Positions 56,369-64,000 of a stretch of 64,000 nucleotides of DNA are shown one piece after another. Positions within the stretch are counted from its first letter, which is position 1. The number at the start of each line of letters is the position of its first letter. The notes under the pieces are model-generated. The model was not told the DNA's origin. It worked only from the letters and a program-made list of their open reading frames with translations, and did not search any database. The DNA is from Octopus vulgaris (taxonomy: Eukaryota): positions 98,146,001 through 98,210,000 of the forward strand of contig OX597820.1 in the NCBI GenBank assembly GCA_951406725.2, in the 5' to 3' direction. Both the position numbers and the translations under genes were made by a program.

Positions 56369-56509
56369 TATACATATATATATATATGCATGTTTGTTTA
56401 TGTGCGTGTTTACGTATGTTTACGTGTGTGTATATGTGTGCGCGTGTGCGTGCACGTATATGTGTGTATATATGAATGTATACGTGCAGATTTGTATGTT
56501 TTGTTTCAT

Positions 56510-56773
56510 GTATATAATTGCATGTCTCGACATTATTACATATACTTAAATGATAAATTTCTGGGAAATTTTACAGTTGTTGACAGTTCTAGTGATGGTT
56601 TGGATCTGTAGCCTTTGAATCAGTTTTCTCCATTCTTGTTTTGAGAAGCCTAATTTCTCAAGATTGGTACTTAGGCAGTGTATTACATGTCCCAGTGCTA
56701 CAATAATTTCAGGTATAATAAACCGGAACTTACAATCTGGGTAGAATAACTGTTAATTCTCTTTAGTTCGCTT
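56510..56773 (-). pseudogene. 3' end of a third R4/Dong-like (REL) family next to (TACA)n
   Basis: Minus-strand translation QLFYPDCKFRFIIPEIIVALGHVIHCLSTNLEKLGFSKQEWRKLIQRLQIQTI. Confidence 0.65.
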
Positions 56774-57012
56774 TGTATGTATGTATGTATGTATGTATGT
56801 ATGTATGTATGTATGTATGTATGTATGTATGTATGTATGTATGTATGTATGTGTGTAAGTATGCATGTATGTATGTATGTGTGTGTGTATCTATGTATGT
56901 ATGGATGGATGGATGGAGATGCGTACGTATATCCATTCAAAATGTGACCGCGTGTGTATCGTTGCCGATTTTTTCCTCCGTCTTCCCTTCCTTGGATCTT
57001 TCCTTTTCCTAT

Positions 57013-57047
57013 ATTTCTGACGAAGAGCCCCGCTCGAAACGTTAAAT
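57013..57047 (+). ncRNA. Minimal type I hammerhead motif
   Basis: ATTT-CTGACGA-A-GAGC-CCC-GCTC-GAAA-C-GTT-AAAT; helix III is a loopless palindrome (ACGT). Confidence 0.75.
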
Positions 57048-57171
57048 CCTCCTACTTTCTTCCCTTTCATGAGCGTCCAATTACACTATACTTGTTCCAC
57101 GTCCTCGCGTTGTTGTGTTTTCTCTTTGTGTTTTCATGTTTGGATTAACTATATGTATTTATGTATGTATG

Positions 57172-57250
<79 letters not shown>

Positions 57251-57583
57251 GTATGAATGTATGTATGTATGACTGTGTGTATACATATATATATATATAT
57301 ATCCTAGGGTAGCTTATACAGACAGTGGGGAATATAAAATGCAGCGCATAAGACAGAGTAATTATGTTATTTTATTTATCGCTTTAAAGTTACATGAATC
57401 CTATGAATTCGTAAAAAAAAATGTACTTGACAAATGTTGAAAAATTTGAAACCATTAAGTGATAAAAATATAAATTGTAGCAATCTAGTTAGCAATAAAT
57501 TTAAAACTGAAATGATGAACGACTAGGGTGTGTGTTATTTAGCAGTATGACTTCACTAAAATACAATATAGGCTTCAGTACGA

Positions 57584-57616
<33 letters not shown>

Positions 57617-57812
57617 TTACATTACAAATATAATCACAGTCAATTTGTTTCACCGAATGGTTTCATACTGAAGAACTTTCCAAAATTGGAGAGAATCAAT
57701 GGACATATAGTTAATCCAAACATGAAACACACAAAGAGAAAACACAACAACGCGAGGACGTTGAACAAGTATAGTGTTATTGGACGCTCATGTCAGGGAA
57801 GAAAGTAGGAGG

Positions 57813-57847
57813 ATTTAACGTTTCGAGCGGGGTTCTTCGTCAGAAAT
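57813..57847 (-). ncRNA. Minimal type I hammerhead motif (inverted copy, one helix II mismatch)
   Basis: Minus strand ATTT-CTGACGA-A-GAAC-CCC-GCTC-GAAA-C-GTT-AAAT. Confidence 0.65.
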
Positions 57848-58534
57848 ATAGGAATGAAAATTTGTTCGGAGATGACCGAGAGTGAAAGTTGTATTATTAT
57901 GGTTTCTAATCTATCTCCACTTTTAGAGGTCTGTCCATCATGAAATTTTTCGGCAGCATCAATTCATTATAAAACTATCTTTATAACATTCAATAAATAA
58001 AATATACACCATTATGTTTAATATAATGAGTACCCGTTTTTTTAACCTCAACTAGGAAACCTTATTGGTCATCGTCCTCTGACTATATATGTATGTGTGT
58101 GGACCCATTCTTGTTTGCTTGTGTGTGTGTGTGTGTGTTTTGGTGTGTTTTGCATGTGCGTGTCTGAGTGCATATGTGTGTATATACCTTATATCACACT
58201 GATTTCTGTTTTGTTTTCTGATCCTTGATATGAAAAACACCAAGAAATTTCACTGCAAGAATTTATTCTATATGACTTCATCTTTTTCTTGCTTGTTTTA
58301 TTTATTTATTTATTTATTTGTTGTCTTTATTATTTTTTCGCTTTGTTCTATTGTTTCCACAAGCACTCATCCATTTCCAATAAGAAAGGCCGACATCATG
58401 TTTCGTTAAATATCTGTTCCTCCCTTTGATCATTTTCGCTAAAAAATAAATTTGACATATATGTATGCTTTCTCCCTAGTTTTATGTATCATTATACATT
58501 GAAACAGAGTTGACCGGGTTCCCCGTAGACAGGA

Positions 58535-58840
58535 TTTGGCTCAGTGGTTAGAGCATCAAGCTCACAATCTTAAGGAAGTGAGTTCGATTCCTGGACCGGG
58601 CTGTGTTTTGTGGTCTTGAGCAAGACACTTTATTTTCACGTTGCTCCAGTTCGCTCATTTGTAGAAGTGAGTTGCGACGACACTGGGGCCAAGTTGTTTC
58701 GGCCATTTTTTCCCCCTTGGATAACATCGGTGCCATGGAAAGGGAAAGCATGGTATGCATGGGCGACAACTGGTCTTCAATAAACAACCTTGTCCGGACT
58801 TGTGCCTCGGAAAGGAACTTTCTTGATGCAACCCCAGGAG
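58535..58840 (+). mobile_element. Family C tRNA-derived SINE
   Basis: A box TGGCTCAGTGG, B box GAGTTCGATTCC; body matches 36972-37284. Confidence 0.88.
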
Positions 58841-58910
58841 CAATAGATCAGATGCGTATGTTAAGCAATTCGCTATTTTCACCTCTGTGATTGGTTAAGT
58901 GAAGGAGATA

Positions 58911-58952
58911 CCTCTGATGAGAGCACCATAAGTCTCGAAAAATCAATTAAGG
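58911..58952 (+). ncRNA. Minimal type I hammerhead motif
   Basis: CCT-CTGATGA-GAG-CACCATAAGT-CTC-GAAA-A-ATCAA-T-TA-AGG. Confidence 0.6.
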
Positions 58953-60434
58953 CTGTTCATTATTTTTGTTCGATCTAAAGAGAAATAAGATAATTTGACA
59001 TGCTTGTATGTTTACTGCGCAGGCTTACATATATTGGGTTAACAAAAACCGAGTTACGAGGCTTGATGTTATCCCATTTGGGGATAGAAACATCATATAA
59101 GTCTTTACATAATATATATTGTATTATATGTCTATTTTCATGTAATGTATAACCAGACATTCATTTTTTCATCGAGTCCAATATGTTTAATATTCAGTCA
59201 TAGAATTCCGCAATTCTTTACAGTTATTTGCTCATGTTAAATCACTGAGATAATAGTCTCGGTTTGACAGCAAAATATTTCTCTCCGATGCGCATTTTCT
59301 GTTTAGTGATTCTGGAAATTTCGGAAGTTGTCTTGCATTGAGTTGTTACATGAACAGAACTGTCTTCATCATATATTTTATATGTAAATGAAGTATTCTG
59401 CATTGAATGGCAATGTTTAGGCAGAATCGCGTTAAACCGGCTGAGTCAAGGTTATGTCTTTGAAACTGAGTTGCACTATTTGCCACAGGTTTCCGCTCGT
59501 TATATCTCGAGCGATTTCAAACTCATAAACTTTGAAAAGTTAGTTCGAAATATGATTTGAAAACACTTTCGCAAAACTCTGTACAATGTGATCTAACTTG
59601 GTGTCTCATGATTGCAAATAATCTTCCTAACCATTCGGCAATCTATTCATTCCATAGTCAATTGTACACACAATAAGTAATATAAGCCATGCTACTGAAT
59701 CGGCAACCCAATAAAGCATGATTCAACGCTGTAGAAAAATGTCAAACATCAATCCAGAAAATAGAACGATTTAAAATTCTAATGTTCTTAATGTGATTAT
59801 TACAAACAATCACGGATCATGTGACTGTTGCGAATTTGTATTTAATTATAACAAGGGTAAGAAATATGTTGTGAGCAGTTAAAAAGAAAATTACAAAAAA
59901 ATATAATAATCCATGCGGAAACAGTGACCATTGTTACAAGGAGTAGAGTGTCGTAATAGCAGATTTATGCTATTTTAATTTGACAAAGTAATTTGATTTA
60001 ATTCAATTAATTACATTTAATTAGAAACGAAGTAAAATAAAATTTCTAAGAGGAAAAAATATAATACCGTTGCAAATTCATTATAGAAATATATTTCAGT
60101 CTGGTATGTCTCGCCTAAAAATACTTCTGTTAATTAAACACGTGTCATTTCTATTATTCTTACCGCAGTGGTTCGAATACTTCTTGAGCCAATGATGGCA
60201 CTCAAAAGTCAAGAAGCTCAATGACTACACGAACGTCAGGTGCTATGATCTTGAACGTAATAAAATCTTCAGGACACGCAAGGGCAATCCTGAAATACCT
60301 GTAAGAAGCTTGAAAACAGGTGACAATTAAGTGTTTCGTATGACCAAAGTATCGTTAATAGAATCGACTCCGACCAAGTGTTGTCAAAACATTTTACTAA
60401 CACTGTCAAAGATGTGTTAATTGCATTTCCCCCA

Positions 60435-60637
60435 ATATTCTTTTATTCTTTTATTCTTTTACTTGTTTCAGTCATTTGACTGCGGCCATGCTGGAGCACC
60501 GCCTTTAGTCGAGCAAATCGACCCTGGGACTTATTCTTTGTAAGCCCAGTACTTATTCAATCGACCTCTTTTGCCGAACCGCTAAGTGACGGGGACGTAA
60601 ACACACCAGCATCGGTTGTCAAGCAATGCTAGGAGGA

Positions 60638-60682
<45 letters not shown>

Positions 60683-60830
60683 GGCAGGCTTCTTTCAGTT
60701 TCCGTCTACCAAATCCACTCACAAGGCATTGGTCGGCCCGGGGCTATAGCAGAAGACACTTGCCCAAGATGCCACTCAGTGGGACTGAACCCGGAACCAT
60801 GTGATTGGTTAGCAAGCTACTTACCACACA
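60435..60830 (-). mobile_element. Family A SINE
   Basis: Near-identical to 51750-52170. Confidence 0.92.
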
Positions 60831-61619
60831 TTTCAGGTATTTAAATTTATCGAACAATAAAAAGCTAAATTGCATGACATCACTGTTGGGGATTTCAATT
60901 CATTAATTGAAGGGAGGTAATACATCAGAAACCATTAAGTCATGTATAAAACCGTTTCTACCTCTACTTTATTTTAGTAAACCTCGGCAGGATTTCACTG
61001 ATAAAGTCGAGGATTCGGGATAGAAATACAGAAAGTGTTTTGTTTGGCTCTCTACCGACTCTACCGACACTTCCAACTTACTGTCTACGTAGTATGTAGG
61101 CTATGAAAGCAAAATACTACCTAATAATACACAAATCCTACATATACGAATATTTGTGACGGTCATAGATAGAATGCTTTTCATCGTAACTTTGCAGATC
61201 ATGAGTCACCTGGGTGATACTCAACAGGACCATCAACTCCATCGTCACCACCACCCCCAATACGACAACGACGACCCACCACCACCACCACCAACAACAA
61301 CAACAGCCAAATATACACATCTGAAAGTTCTGGTGATGTTTGACTATCACCGTTATTATATCTTATAATGTCTTTTAACTGTGTACCTCATTGACGGTAA
61401 AATGGTAATTACATTTTTTGCAAAGTCGGGGTACAGTCGCTTAAATTGATCCCAGTCTAGTCTATTCCTGGTTTTAGTTAGTTATTTTAAAGACTCTAAG
61501 GAACGACAAACATATAAGAATCCCTGTGAGATTTCAATTGTGAACTGAAAACACGAGACTAAATGCTCTAAGACATCTAATCAGGCAAGCTAGAGTTTCT
61601 GCTCACTGGCAGGGCCATG

Positions 61620-62207
61620 ACTCATGCTTGTAATACTAATGATGATGACGCTGATGGTGGTGGTGGTGGTGGTGGTGGTGGTGGTGGTGGTATTTGCGGT
61701 GCTGGTGGTAGTCGTGTTAGTTGTGGTGCTGGTGATGGTGGTGGCGGTAGATAAGGTGGCGATAGTGTTGACAGTAGTGATGATAGTGGTGGTAGCAGTG
61801 ATGGTGGTGGTGGTGGTGGTGATGGTGATAGCGGTGGTGATGATGATGATGATGATGATGAATATGATGATGGTAGCAGTAGTGATGTGGTGGTAGTAAT
61901 AATAGTGCAGGTGTTGGCGGCAGCGGCGGTGATATTGATGACGGTAATGGTGGCGGTGGTTGCTGGAGTCGATGGTGGTGGTGATCATGATTGTCATGAA
62001 GATAAGGCTCATGCTAGTGTTGGTAGTGGGGGTGATGATGAAGCTGATGCTGACGATAATGATGAGGTGGAGAAGGATGATGATGTTGATGATGGTGATG
62101 AGGAGGATGATGACATTGATGATGTTGATGACGTAGATTGTGGTGATCATGATTCAGAATTAATATGGTGATGATAATGATGATGATGTTGTCACAGTTG
62201 CTTCTCC

Positions 62208-62241
<34 letters not shown>

Positions 62242-62320
62242 ATGATGATGATGATGATGGAATGGAGCCTACGTCGCCGCCGCCGACGACGACGACAATG
62301 AAAATGATGCTGATGGTGAA
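61620..62320. repeat. Degenerate (GGT/GAT)n trinucleotide low-complexity tract
   Basis: Directly visible; similar tracts at 12290-12610 and 16480-17300. Confidence 0.9.
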
Positions 62321-63079
62321 GTGGTTTTTTAAATCAAATGAAAATTATGAAATAAGCGATGTTTTTTTTTTTTACGATTATGCCGAAGGTAATAATTAGC
62401 GATTGTTTGAAATCTCAAAAGATTTGGAATATAAATGACACAAAAAACATATATTTATAAAACTGTTGCTTGACAGATATACCAACGTTAGTATCTGTTT
62501 CCATTATATAGTGAGTCGAACTCGATAATGTAAACCTATCTAGTCGGATTCTCTGTTGTTTTATCAAAGTTTGGACTCTAGAGTAATTCGTAAAAAGTTA
62601 CAGAGGATTATTTGACATGAGGAGTTAAAAGTTAATGTTCCCCGAATTATCCCAAGTGTATTACCCGGCTATCGGGGATTCTAGTTATTAATTATTCGGT
62701 TTTCGAATTTCTATTTTTATATCGTTTTGTAATGTCCTTATATTTGTAGCGTCTCTCTTTGATCGACGTTAACCCACCTTGCATGTGGGCTGTGTCTCAT
62801 CCTTTCATATTACCCTCCATTTGGAAAACAAAAGGTTTTAGCAGAAAAGAGCATCATCATCATGTTGAAATATCTGCATACCTGGGTTATCAAATCTAAC
62901 TTCAGATATTTGCAATATTTCTATGTAAAATACATTACGATCAGTTTGACATTGCATAACCATTAGATATGTCATACATGGATGTGTAGAATCAACAGCC
63001 ACAGGAGAGAAATAAATATCATAAATTTCATAAGTTAATATTGTAAACCAAAGAGACAGTTTATAGCTTACATTGACAA

Positions 63080-63700
63080 AACACCATTTATTTTCTACCT
63101 CTTTCTCTTTCTGAAAAAGGTATCGTGTCCGAAACATCACCTTACAAATTTCAGGTCCTCCAGGATATTCATTGTAGTTTAATTGAAAGCCCCTCTCTCA
63201 GTCATGTCTCCATTTTCTCCTATGTAATATAACAGATCTATACATTTTATCCTTACGAGTTGGATGTTGGTGAAATTTGTTGAGTGTGAAGCTGCGTATT
63301 TAGTTGTTTCTGTCCTGGATATTATTCCATCAGTGTTTTTTTTCTTCTTTTTTTTACTCTTAGTGGGTGTTACATAGTAATGCCGGTGTATTTGCTGTGG
63401 ATTTAGCGTTGTTTGGGATTGATGTGTAGTTGTTATTGTTTTGTGCTATGTTCCTTTTGTTTTTAGTACTTTTAAAGTTTTTATGCTATTATTTTCCACA
63501 CCGTCATCGCCAGAGAAATGATTAGAAGACTCTGACTTAGAGGGATCAATAACATTATTTTTTAGTGTGTCTGCGCAGAAGGGGCGAAACATGAGCAAGA
63601 GTTGACAGTGATTACTTGGAATAGGCCAATGGATGGAGATTAATTTGTTATAGTACTTATTTTCCGTCAATTCAGTAATTACTGCGGAAGAATTTCACAG
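63080..63700 (-). pseudogene. Possible Penelope-like RT-linker/GIY-YIG relic
   Basis: Minus strand STNFTNIQLVRIKCIDLLYYIGENGDM resembles the GIY-YIG N..Y.I.C...YIGETG pattern; many stops. Confidence 0.45.
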
Positions 63701-63860
63701 ATTTTGTTGGAGCACCGCCTTTAGTCGAGCAAATCGACCCTAGGACTTATTCTTTGTAAGCCTAGTACTTATTCTATCAGTCTCTTTTGCCGAACCTCTA
63801 AGTTACGTGGGTGTAAACACAACAGCGCCGGTTGCCAAGTGATGTTGGAGGACTAACGCA

Positions 63861-63910
<50 letters not shown>

Positions 63911-64000
63911 CATATATACGACGGGTTCTTTGAGTTTCCGTCCACCAAATCCACTCACAAGGCTGTAGTAGAAGACACTTGCCCAAGGTGCCACGCAGTG

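Larger units (their letters stand above)
57006..57854. repeat. Tail-to-tail inverted pair of about 150-bp hammerhead-bearing elements (57006-57156 and 57703-57854)
   Basis: Arms are near-identical reverse complements separated by about 545 bp. Confidence 0.93.

Noticed and set aside
59000-59760. Possible decayed transposase on the minus strand
   Set aside because: Only a weak FCSC-like hint among many stops; not enough to call.
61590-62171. Thr/Val/Asp-rich ORFs
   Set aside because: Degenerate trinucleotide low-complexity sequence.

Overview
AT-rich, repeat-saturated eukaryotic DNA with no intact protein-coding gene. The SINE families and dense (TA)n/(CA)n/(TAA)n microsatellites suggest a cephalopod (octopus-like) genome; this is an inference. 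The window holds three tRNA-derived SINE families, decayed Tx1/L1, R4/Dong, RTE and CR1 LINE fragments, a near full-length frameshifted mariner, maT/Tc1 remnants, MITEs, possible Penelope GIY-YIG relics and a 16-bp minisatellite. The main signal is a population of short T-rich non-coding elements, mostly ending at (TA)n and often arranged as inverted pairs, that carry hammerhead-ribozyme (HHR) motifs. These include a perfect 448-bp palindrome (27383-27830) with a canonical type I HHR on each strand, several minimal or decayed type I HHRs, and about eight copies from diverged families of a circularly permuted core (GAAA-N20-27-CTGANGA-AG) in which helix I appears nearly absent. Ribozyme activity is inferred from motif and pairing only. 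Boundaries of decayed repeats are approximate.
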